From the NCBI GenBank assembly GCA_007126035.1, contig SLCC01000066.1, positions 1,104-65,103 on the forward strand: a stretch of 64,000 nt of DNA, read 5' to 3'. Positions 56,632-64,000 of the stretch are shown here, in pieces. Made by a program: the position numbers and the translations under genes. How positions within the stretch are numbered: the first letter of the stretch is position 1; the number at the start of each line of letters is the position of its first letter. The notes below the pieces were generated by a model. That model worked only from the letters and a program-made list of their open reading frames with translations. It was not told the origin of the DNA and did no database searches. The stretch comes from Gemmatimonadota bacterium (lineage in GTDB: Bacteria; Gemmatimonadota; Gemmatimonadetes; Longimicrobiales; RSA9).

Positions 56632-57819
56632 ATGCGCGTTTACGAAGTAGCGAAAGAGTTCGACGTTCCAGCGGACCAGATGATCCAGCTCCTGCGGGAG
56701 ATGGGCGAGGCGGTGCGTTCGGAGGCCTCCCCGGTCAATGACTCGGCCGTAGCCAAGCTGCGGGCCCGGTTCGAGCGTCACCGGCGGGCCGGCACTACCG
56801 ATGTGTCCGAGGTGGTCGAGGCCGCTATCGAGGATGCGCAGGTGCCGGTGCGTCGCCGTCGCCGTCGTCGCCGGACAGAAATGCCCGAAGCCGAGGCGGA
56901 GGCTGGCGCGGCCGGGCTGGAGGCCGGGCTGGAGGCCGGGCTGGAGGCCGAGCCGGCGGAAGGTCCGGAGCCGGAGGTGGCGGAGCCGGAGGTGGCCGCT
57001 GAGGCGCCGGCGCGGCCCGAGCCGACAGAAGCGGAAGAAGTCGTCGCAGAGCCGGTAGTCCCGGAAGATGACCAGGCGCCTGCGGCCGAAGAGGTCGAAG
57101 TGGAAGAGGCGGAGGAAGCGGAAGCGCCTGCCGTCGAGGCCGTGGTGGCAGAGGAGGAGGCGGAGGCGGAAGAACCGGCGGCACCCGCTGAGGCGGAGGC
57201 GGTGGCAGAGGAGGCGGCGGAGGCGGAAGACGTCGCGGTCGACGAGGATGTGGTCGAGGCTGAGGTGGTCGAGGCTGAGGAGGTCGAGGCTGAGGTGGTC
57301 GAGGAAGAGGCTTTGGAAGCGCCAGCGCCCCGACCTCCTCACGCCGAGCCCGTGGAGCCGGTGGCGGAGGAGGACCAGGAGGAGCTTGCTGCGGCCGCCC
57401 CGGACGTGGACGCCGGGGAGGCGGACCAGGAGCGGGCCAAGGAGCGACGCGAGAAGCCGAAGCGCCGGCCGAAGCGGGCCTCGGAGGGCATGCCCGGCCT
57501 GGCGCCGGCAGCGAGCGCCGGCCCGGGAGGCAAGGTCCGGATCCAGGCGGAAGGGTATACGCCGGACGGCCGCCCGCGACGGGACAAGAAGAAGAAGCGT
57601 CGGCAACGTGTGGACCAGGGCGCTGTGCAGGAGAATGTCCAGCGCGTCATGGCGGAGATCCAGGCGGGCACCGGCGGCCGGAAGCGGCGCAGGTCTCGCC
57701 ACGATTCCGAGTCCCGCCAGCAGGAGGCGGCGGAGCGCGAGCGGCGAGCAGTGGAGGAGGCGACCACCGTGAGGGTCAACGAGTTCCTCACGGTCGCCGA
57801 GCTGGCGGAGTTGGTCTAG
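56632..57819 (+). CDS. infB: Translation initiation factor IF-2, N-terminal part (ends at in-frame TAG 57817-57819)
   Basis: IF2_N motif MRVYEVAKEFDVPADQMIQLLREMG. Long acidic A/E/V/P low-complexity region, then a K/R-rich segment. Ends ...VRVNEFLTVAELAELV-TAG in the middle of the second IF2_N-type segment. Confidence 0.9.
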   Translation: MRVYEVAKEFDVPADQMIQLLREMGEAVRSEASPVNDSAVAKLRARFERHRRAGTTDVSEVVEAAIEDAQVPVRRRRRRRRTEMPEAEAEAGAAGLEAGLEAGLEAEPAEGPEPEVAEPEVAAEAPARPEPTEAEEVVAEPVVPEDDQAPAAEEVEVEEAEEAEAPAVEAVVAEEEAEAEEPAAPAEAEAVAEEAAEAEDVAVDEDVVEAEVVEAEEVEAEVVEEEALEAPAPRPPHAEPVEPVAEEDQEELAAAAPDVDAGEADQERAKERREKPKRRPKRASEGMPGLAPAASAGPGGKVRIQAEGYTPDGRPRRDKKKKRRQRVDQGAVQENVQRVMAEIQAGTGGRKRRRSRHDSESRQQEAAERERRAVEEATTVRVNEFLTVAELAELV

Positions 57820-57864
57820 GAGGACGCGACTGAGATCATCGCTAGCGCCTTCAAGAACCTTGGC

Positions 57865-59550
57865 ATGATGGTAACCATCAACCAGCGGCTGGACTTCGAC
57901 CAGATCGAGCTGTTGCTGGATGAGTTCGGCTACAAGGCCGTGCGGGAAGAGGAGTACGAAGGTCTGGAGGAGGAGGAACAGGAAGAGGAGCCGGCGGAGA
58001 ACCTGTTGTCCCGACCTCCTGTCGTCACCGTCATGGGTCACGTGGACCACGGAAAGACGTCCCTGCTGGACTACATCCGCAAGACGAACGTGATCGCCGG
58101 TGAGGCGGGTGGGATCACCCAGCATATCGGTGCCTACCACGTCACGCTGGACGACGGGCGGGCCATGAGCTTCCTGGACACGCCAGGCCACGCGGCGTTC
58201 ACCGCCATGCGGGCCCGCGGCGCCGATGTCACGGACGTGGTTATCCTGGTCGTGGCCGCCGACGATTCGGTGATGCCCCAGACGATTGAAGCCATCAGTC
58301 ACGCCAGGAATGCCGGCGTACCTATCGTGGTTGCCATCAACAAGATGGACCTACCCGGCGCGGACCCGGAGCGGGTCAAGCGCGAGCTGCTCGAGCACCA
58401 GGTGGTGGTCGAGGAGTACGGCGGCGACGTCCTGTCCCAGCCGGTGAGCGCCAAGGCCGGCGAAGGTATCGACGAACTGCTCGAGAAGGTCCTGCTCCAG
58501 GCGGAGATGCTGGACGTGAAGGCCAACCCCAACCGGGAGGCCCAGGGGATCGTCATCGAAGCAGAGCTCGACGTCGGGAAGGGTCCAGTGGCTACCGTCC
58601 TGGTGGTCACCGGGACCCTGCGTGTCGGTGACCACCTGGTCTGTGGCCTCCAGAGCGGCCGCGTCCGAGCACTGCTGGACGAGCGAGGCAAGAGCATCTC
58701 GGAGGCGGGGCCGGCCACGCCGGCTCAGGTCCTGGGCATCAGTGGCGTGCCGCAGGCAGGTGACAAGCTGATGGTCATGGACGCCGTCCGGGCGCAGGAG
58801 ATCGTGCAGACCCGCCAGCGGCTCGAGCGGGAGAAGAAGCTGCGTATCAGAGACCGTGGCGTGAAGCTCACGGATATCAGCCAGCTCCTGGCCGCGGGCG
58901 AGACGGCGCAGTTGAACGTGGTGATCAAGGGTGACGTGGACGGGTCGGTCCAGGCTCTCTCGGACTCGCTGGAGCAGCTTTCCACCAATGAGGTGGAGGT
59001 GAAGGTGATCCACCGCGGCGTGGGCGCCATCAACCGGTCCGACGCCCTGCTGGCGGCCACATCGAGCGCGATCATCATCGGGTTCCACGTCCGCCCAGAC
59101 GCCGACGCCCGGCAGGTGGCGGAGCAGGAAGGCGTGGATATCCGGCTGTACGACGTGATCTACGAGGCCATCGAGGACGTGCGCGCCGCGCTGGAGGGAC
59201 TGTTGGCCCCGGATGAGAGGGAGATCCTGCTGGGTGCGGCGGAAGTCCGACAGCTCTTCAAGGTGCCCAGGGTGGGGACCGTGGCCGGTTGTTACGTCAC
59301 GGAAGGGGTCATGCGGCGCAACGACCCCGTCCGCCTGGTCCGCGACGGCGTGCAGATCTACCGGGGCAACCTGGGCAGTCTCAAGCGCTTCAAGGACGAT
59401 GTGCGAGAGGTGCGCGAGGGGTTCGAGTGCGGCATGAACATCGACGGGTACAATGACGTGAAGGTCGGCGATGTGATCGAGTGCTTCACCATCGAGCAGG
59501 TGGCCCGGACACTGGCCAGCAGCGCGGGCGGCCGGACCGGCAACCAGTAA
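57865..59550 (+). CDS. infB: Translation initiation factor IF-2, G-domain and C-terminal core (same frame as 56632-57819; homology resumes right after the TAG at 57820)
   Basis: Codons 57820-57864 read EDATEIIASAFKNLG, then [18 protein letters not shown]1 [22 protein letters not shown]-terminal [12 protein letters not shown]. Confidence 0.9.
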   Translation: MMVTINQRLDFDQIELLLDEFGYKAVREEEYEGLEEEEQEEEPAENLLSRPPVVTVMGHVDHGKTSLLDYIRKTNVIAGEAGGITQHIGAYHVTLDDGRAMSFLDTPGHAAFTAMRARGADVTDVVILVVAADDSVMPQTIEAISHARNAGVPIVVAINKMDLPGADPERVKRELLEHQVVVEEYGGDVLSQPVSAKAGEGIDELLEKVLLQAEMLDVKANPNREAQGIVIEAELDVGKGPVATVLVVTGTLRVGDHLVCGLQSGRVRALLDERGKSISEAGPATPAQVLGISGVPQAGDKLMVMDAVRAQEIVQTRQRLEREKKLRIRDRGVKLTDISQLLAAGETAQLNVVIKGDVDGSVQALSDSLEQLSTNEVEVKVIHRGVGAINRSDALLAATSSAIIIGFHVRPDADARQVAEQEGVDIRLYDVIYEAIEDVRAALEGLLAPDEREILLGAAEVRQLFKVPRVGTVAGCYVTEGVMRRNDPVRLVRDGVQIYRGNLGSLKRFKDDVREVREGFECGMNIDGYNDVKVGDVIECFTIEQVARTLASSAGGRTGNQ

Positions 59551-59569
59551 CGGACCCGGTGGTGCGCCT

Positions 59570-59851
59570 GTGGTGATCGGGGTCATCCGCTGGGAGATCC
59601 AGGTCTACGAAGCCCAATCCCTCAAGGCGAAGCGCGCCGTGGTCCGCAGCCTGAAGGACCGGCTGCGGTCGCGCCTCAACGTGTCGGTGGCCGAGACAGG
59701 TTCCCACGACCTGTGGCAGAAGGCTGAGCTCAGCGCCTGTGCCCTGGCCGCCGACCGCCGGCAACTGGACTCGATCCTGGACAACGCTGACCGCCTCGTG
59801 GAGTCCGAGGTACGGGGCAGGATAATGGGTACGGACCGCATCTACTACTGA
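59570..59851 (+). CDS. DUF503-domain protein (YlxP-like)
   Basis: VIGVIRWEIQVYEAQSLKAKRAVVRSLKDRLRSRLNVSVAE. Conserved position between infB and rbfA. Confidence 0.8.
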   Translation: MVIGVIRWEIQVYEAQSLKAKRAVVRSLKDRLRSRLNVSVAETGSHDLWQKAELSACALAADRRQLDSILDNADRLVESEVRGRIMGTDRIYY

Positions 59852-59887
59852 GGCGGCGGCGCCGGGCCGACGCCGCACGATAGGATA

Positions 59888-60250
59888 ATGGCAGGGAAAC
59901 GGATCGACCGGATCAACGAGCAACTGCGACGCGAGCTGTCCCAGATCGTGGTTGGGGAAGTGCGGGACCCGAGGGTGGGGCCCCTGACAGTGACCCGGGT
60001 GACCACCGCCCCCGACCTCACCCTGGCCAAGGTCTACGTCCAGCTGGTGGGAGACGATGAGGAGCGGAAGGAGACCCTGGCGGGGCTCCGTGCCGCGACC
60101 CCCTTCATACGGACGGCGCTGGGTCAACGCGTGCCCATGCGCCGCGTGCCCGAGCTCCGTTTCGAGCCGGACCGGAACCTGGAGCACGCGCTGCGGATCG
60201 AGGAGTTGCTCAGGGACGTTGAGGCAGGGGACGAGGACAGGGAGGAATGA
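59888..60250 (+). CDS. rbfA: Ribosome-binding factor A
   Basis: RIDRINEQLRRELSQIVVGEVRDPRVG...VPELRFEPD. Confidence 0.9.
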   Translation: MAGKRIDRINEQLRRELSQIVVGEVRDPRVGPLTVTRVTTAPDLTLAKVYVQLVGDDEERKETLAGLRAATPFIRTALGQRVPMRRVPELRFEPDRNLEHALRIEELLRDVEAGDEDREE

Positions 60251-61110
60251 ACGGCGTTCTCCCCGTCGACAAGCCTGAGGGACCCACCTCCCACGATATC
60301 GTGGCCCGCGCCAGGCGCGGCCTGGGCATTCGTCGGGTCGGCCATACCGGCACCCTGGACCCTTTCGCCAGCGGGCTGCTCCTCCTCTGCGTCGGCCCGG
60401 CCACGCGTTTGGCTCAGTACCTGGTGGGGCTGGACAAGGCCTACGAGGCCACTGCCAGGCTGGGCACCTGGACCGATACGCTGGACCGGACCGGCAAGGT
60501 CATCGACAGCACCGGCGCCTGGGCCGACCTGAGCCCGGATCAGATCAGGGCCGCTTTCGAAGGGCAGGTGGGCCAGCGACAACAGAGACCGCCCGCCTAC
60601 TCGGCCAAGAAGGTGGGCGGCAGGCGCGCCTACGAACTCGCGCGCGGCGGTGAGACAGTGGATCTGGCGCCCATCGAGGTGGAGATCGAGCAGCTCCAGG
60701 TGCTGAACATCCGGGGGCCTGACGTGAGCTTTCGCCTCCGCTGCTCGAGCGGGACCTATGTGCGGTCCGTGGCTGCCGACGCCGGCGAGGCGCTGGGGGT
60801 GGGCGCCTATCTGACGAGGTTGCGCCGGACCGCCGTGGGCTCCGTCAGCATCGACGCAGCGTTGCCCGCAGACCAGCTCTCGGAACGCGACGCCGCAGCC
60901 CATCGGCTCATCGCGCCACTGGAGGCGCTGGACCATATGCCCGTCGTGGAGCTGGCGGCGGACGAGGTGCCTCGGATCAGGCACGGCCAGGGAGTCCCCA
61001 ACCTGGGGCGGGCCCCGGAGGGGCTGGTCGCATTGGCCCGCGACCGCTCGCTGGTGGCCGTGGCGGAGGCCACCGACCAGGTGCTCCGGCCGCGGAGGGT
61101 GTTGGCTTGA
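60247..61110 (+). CDS. truB: tRNA pseudouridine(55) synthase
   Basis: NGVLPVDKPEGPTSHDIV, VGHTGTLDPFASGLL (catalytic Asp), PPAYSAKKVGGRRAYELAR. Confidence 0.95.
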   Translation: MNGVLPVDKPEGPTSHDIVARARRGLGIRRVGHTGTLDPFASGLLLLCVGPATRLAQYLVGLDKAYEATARLGTWTDTLDRTGKVIDSTGAWADLSPDQIRAAFEGQVGQRQQRPPAYSAKKVGGRRAYELARGGETVDLAPIEVEIEQLQVLNIRGPDVSFRLRCSSGTYVRSVAADAGEALGVGAYLTRLRRTAVGSVSIDAALPADQLSERDAAAHRLIAPLEALDHMPVVELAADEVPRIRHGQGVPNLGRAPEGLVALARDRSLVAVAEATDQVLRPRRVLA

Positions 61111-62060
61111 CACAGGTCATCGATCCGGGACTGGCGCCAGGGCTACCGCCCCACCATCCCGGTACCGTGCTCACCGTCGGCACCTTCGATGGCGTGCACC
61201 GCGGCCACTGGGAGGTCCTTGCCGCGGTCAGGGAAAGAGCCGACAGGGTTCAGCTGCCTGCCGTCCTCGTCACCTTCCACCCCCACCCCCTGCGCGTCGT
61301 CAGACCCGACCAGGCGCCCAGGCTCCTGACCACACCGGTGGAGAAGAAGGAGATACTCGCCGAATCCGGGCTCGACTACGCTGTGTTCCTGCCCTTCAGC
61401 AGAGCACTGCGCGAGTATCAGCCGAGACGGTTCGTCCAGGAGATCCTGATCGGTCGCCTCCGCATGAAGCACCTGGTGATCGGGTACGACCACGGCTTCG
61501 GTCACGGGCGCTCCGGCGATGCCGAGACCCTCAGGAGGATCGGCATGGACCTGGGTTTCCAGGTCCACGTGGTGGGCGCGCTCCGGACCGATGGCTCCGC
61601 CATCTCATCGAGCCGTATCCGCAACGCGCTCCTGGAAGGAAAGGTCAACGAGGCAGCCGTGGCCCTGGGCAGGCCGTACTCCCTTCGCGGGCCCGTCATG
61701 AGAGGCGATGGACGGGGTCGGTCCCTCGGCTTCCCCACTGCGAACATCCACGTGCCGGAAGACGACAAGCTGCTGCCCCTGGAAGGCGTCTACGCCGTCA
61801 CCGGCACCTGCCGGAGCGGGGTGTTCAGAGGTGTGCTCCACCTGGGACCCAGACCCATGTTCCACGGCTCCCCGCCCTCCGTGGAGCTCCACCTCTTCGG
61901 ATTCGAGGATGACCTCTATGGCGAAGAGGTACGGGTCGACTTCTGCGCCAGGCTCAGGGACATCCACAGGTTCGCCACCGTCGACGAGCTGATCGCAGCC
62001 ATCCGGACCGACTGCCAGCGGGCGAGGGACCTGTTCGAGCACGGCGATTCAGCATGTTGA
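61107..62060 (+). CDS. ribF: Bifunctional riboflavin kinase / FMN adenylyltransferase
   Basis: TVGTFDGVHRGH, SSSRIR, GRSLGFPTANI, ...HLFGFEDDLYGEEV. TTG start overlaps the truB stop; its position is uncertain. Confidence 0.9.
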   Translation: MTQVIDPGLAPGLPPHHPGTVLTVGTFDGVHRGHWEVLAAVRERADRVQLPAVLVTFHPHPLRVVRPDQAPRLLTTPVEKKEILAESGLDYAVFLPFSRALREYQPRRFVQEILIGRLRMKHLVIGYDHGFGHGRSGDAETLRRIGMDLGFQVHVVGALRTDGSAISSSRIRNALLEGKVNEAAVALGRPYSLRGPVMRGDGRGRSLGFPTANIHVPEDDKLLPLEGVYAVTGTCRSGVFRGVLHLGPRPMFHGSPPSVELHLFGFEDDLYGEEVRVDFCARLRDIHRFATVDELIAAIRTDCQRARDLFEHGDSAC

Positions 62061-62168
62061 CGGCGGCGCACTTGTGCGAGCGTTGGAGTTTCGATACAGT
62101 TATCGATTGTGGTCAAATCAGGAAGTCCGCTTCCCGATCAGCGTAGACTCTCGCGGAGGCACCGAGGT

Positions 62169-62429
62169 ATGATTACCGACAAAGAAGACGTCATCAAGAA
62201 GTACCAACTCCACCCCGAAGACCGGGGTAGCGCGCAGGTCCAGATCGCGATCCTGACGGCGCGCATCAATCACCTCACCGATCATTTCCGGTCACACAAG
62301 AAGGATCATCACAGCCGTCGCGGCCTGCTCAAGATGGTAGGCCGGCGTCGTCGTCTGCTGGATTACCTGCGGCGCACGGATGTGGAGCGTTACCGCGAAC
62401 TGATTCAGGACCTCGGTCTGCGGCACTAG
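62169..62429 (+). CDS. rpsO: 30S ribosomal protein S15
   Basis: Start trimmed to ATG 62169. [48 protein letters not shown]. Confidence 0.95.
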   Translation: MITDKEDVIKKYQLHPEDRGSAQVQIAILTARINHLTDHFRSHKKDHHSRRGLLKMVGRRRRLLDYLRRTDVERYRELIQDLGLRH

Positions 62430-62512
62430 GGCCCGCATCGAGGAGGCGGTGAGCCTGGTCGCCGGGGGGTGGCCGGGTGCGGATTGCGGCATGAGAAAGG
62501 CAAGCAAAGCGT

Positions 62513-64000
62513 ATGCAGAGAGTGGAACGGGAGTTCGCAGGCCGGAAGCTCGTCATCGAAACCGGTCGAATGGCACGTCAGGCCCACGGCTCGTGCCTTG
62601 TGCAGTATGGTGACACGGTGGTACTCGCGGCGGTGACGGTACAGGATGAGCCGACGCACCTACCCTTCTTCCCCATGACGGTCGAATACCGGGAGAAGAT
62701 GTACGCGGCAGGTAAGTACCCTGGCGGGTTCATCAAGCGCGAGGGCCGTCCGAGCGAGAGCGAGATCTTGACGGCCCGGATCATCGACCGGCCGATCCGG
62801 CCGATGTTCCCGGAAGGGTTCATGCACGAGACACAGATCGTGATCTACGTGCTCTCGGCCGATCAGCAGAACAACGCGGACATGCCGGCGCTGTTCGCTG
62901 CGTCGCTGGCGCTGAACGCGTCCAAGGTCCCGTTCGACAAGCCCGTTGCGGGTGTTCGGATCGGTCGGCTGGACGGGCAGTGGGTGCTGAACCCCACGTT
63001 CGAGCAGCTGGAGTACAGCGACGTGGACATGGTGGTGGCGGGCACTGAAGACGCCATCCTGATGGTGGAAGGCGGTGCGCTGGAGGTCCCCGAGGACGAC
63101 CTGGTGGATGCTCTTGTGGCGGCGCATGAGGGCATCAAAGATCTGATCGGGGTTCAGGAGGAGCTGCTGCGGGACGTGAACGTGCCGAGCATGGATTGGG
63201 CGCCGGTGGTGTCCATCACCGATGAGCTGCGGGCGCGGGTCGATCAGTTGGCGGAGGGCCGGGTCGTGGAGGCTCTGAACCTCCAGGACAAGCAGGAGCG
63301 GAACCAGGCTCTGGCGACGTTGCGTGAGGACGTGCAGGACCAGCTGACTGAAGAGTATCCGGAGGAAGAGGACCTGGCCGCCATCAAGATGCAACTCCGG
63401 ACGTCGGAGAAGGCGGTGATGCGGCGTCAGGTCCTGGAGAGGGGTGAGCGGATCGACGGTCGCGGACTGGACGATGTCCGGTCGATCACCTGCGAGGTGG
63501 GTCTGCTCCCGCGCACCCACGGCTCGGCGCTGTTTACCCGTGGCCAGACCCAGGCCCTGGCTGTGGCCACGCTGGGCACATCGGCGGACGAGCAGCGTGT
63601 GGATACTGTGGACGTGCCGGCAGAGACGTCGAAGTCGTTCATGCTACACTACAACTTCCCGCCGTTCTCCACCGGCGAGGCGAAGCCGATCCGTGGTACC
63701 AGCCGGCGAGAGGTCGGCCACGGGAACCTGGCCGAGCGGGCGATTCAGCCTCTGCTCCCGGCGTACGAAGATTTCCCCTACACCATCCGGGTGGTGTCGG
63801 AGGTACTGGAGTCGAACGGCTCGTCGTCAATGGCCAGCGTGTGCGGTGCGTCGCTGGCCCTGATGGATGCGGCGGTCCCGCTCAAGGCGCCATGTGCCGG
63901 GATCGCCATGGGCCTGATCAAGGAAGGGGATCAGGTGGCGGTTCTCACCGATATCCTGGGCGTCGAGGACGCGCTCGGGGATATGGACTTCAAGGTGGCG
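62513..64000 (+). CDS. pnp: Polyribonucleotide nucleotidyltransferase (PNPase), 5' 496 codons; runs off right edge
   Basis: Absent from the ORF track because there is no stop in the window. My translation from ATG 62513: MQRVEREFAGRKLVIETGRMARQAHGSCLVQYGDTVVLAAVTV...FFPMTVEYREKMYAAGKYPGGFIKREGRPSE... Confidence 0.95.
   Translation, partial: MQRVEREFAGRKLVIETGRMARQAHGSCLVQYGDTVVLAAVTVQDEPTHLPFFPMTVEYREKMYAAGKYPGGFIKREGRPSESEILTARIIDRPIRPMFPEGFMHETQIVIYVLSADQQNNADMPALFAASLALNASKVPFDKPVAGVRIGRLDGQWVLNPTFEQLEYSDVDMVVAGTEDAILMVEGGALEVPEDDLVDALVAAHEGIKDLIGVQEELLRDVNVPSMDWAPVVSITDELRARVDQLAEGRVVEALNLQDKQERNQALATLREDVQDQLTEEYPEEEDLAAIKMQLRTSEKAVMRRQVLERGERIDGRGLDDVRSITCEVGLLPRTHGSALFTRGQTQALAVATLGTSADEQRVDTVDVPAETSKSFMLHYNFPPFSTGEAKPIRGTSRREVGHGNLAERAIQPLLPAYEDFPYTIRVVSEVLESNGSSSMASVCGASLALMDAAVPLKAPCAGIAMGLIKEGDQVAVLTDILGVEDALGDMDFKVA

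Noticed and set aside
57817-57819. Genome-wide TAG reassignment or pyrrolysine as the explanation for the infB amber codon
   Set aside because: At least six well-supported genes in this window (rpsI, tsf, rpsO, the adaptor at 16002, the permease at 17223, the Rieske gene at 18435) terminate at TAG exactly where homologs end. No pyl genes or suppressor tRNA are visible in the window. This cannot be excluded for the rest of the genome.

Overview
Very GC-rich bacterial chromosomal segment, almost entirely core genome. I saw no rRNA, tRNA, CRISPR array, transposase or integrase. The gene content and protein signatures resemble Gemmatimonadota-like bacteria, but that is inference and cannot be checked here.

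Layout, left to right:
- A minus-strand block (1-7376): creatininase-family enzyme, secreted unknown, TolC, MacA-like adaptor, ABC ATPase and two FtsX/MacB permeases.
- A 1246-aa multi-TM NtrY-like histidine kinase and an HtrA/DegP protease.
- A second TolC-adaptor-permease locus that has no ATPase gene.
- A DUF2231-Rieske protein, comM/yifB, larE-like, thpR, an NtrX-like sigma-54 activator, an aldehyde dehydrogenase, lepB and an RpoD-family sigma factor.
- rplM-rpsI, then rpsB-tsf-pyrH-frr-uppS-cdsA-dxr-rseP.
- Sugar-nucleotide genes, serS, a histidine kinase, a UvrD/PcrA helicase, gatCAB and murA.
- rimP-nusA-(L7Ae-like)-infB-DUF503-rbfA-truB-ribF-rpsO-pnp; pnp runs off the right edge.

I found no convincing novel multi-gene system. 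The observations most worth a second look:
1. An in-frame TAG splits infB inside a conserved domain (57817-57819).
2. A 70-73 bp hairpin-bearing tandem repeat array with a compensatory stem change (27638-27913).
3. A fossil YoeB/Txe toxin fragment (18480-18603).
4. A promoter followed by an intrinsic terminator in the rimP-nusA-infB leader.
5. A triple direct repeat upstream of the Rieske gene.
6. An ATPase-less MacAB-TolC-like locus.

Many ORF-track entries are antisense or shadow ORFs typical of high-GC DNA. I discarded those and trimmed several N-termini to starts with better context.
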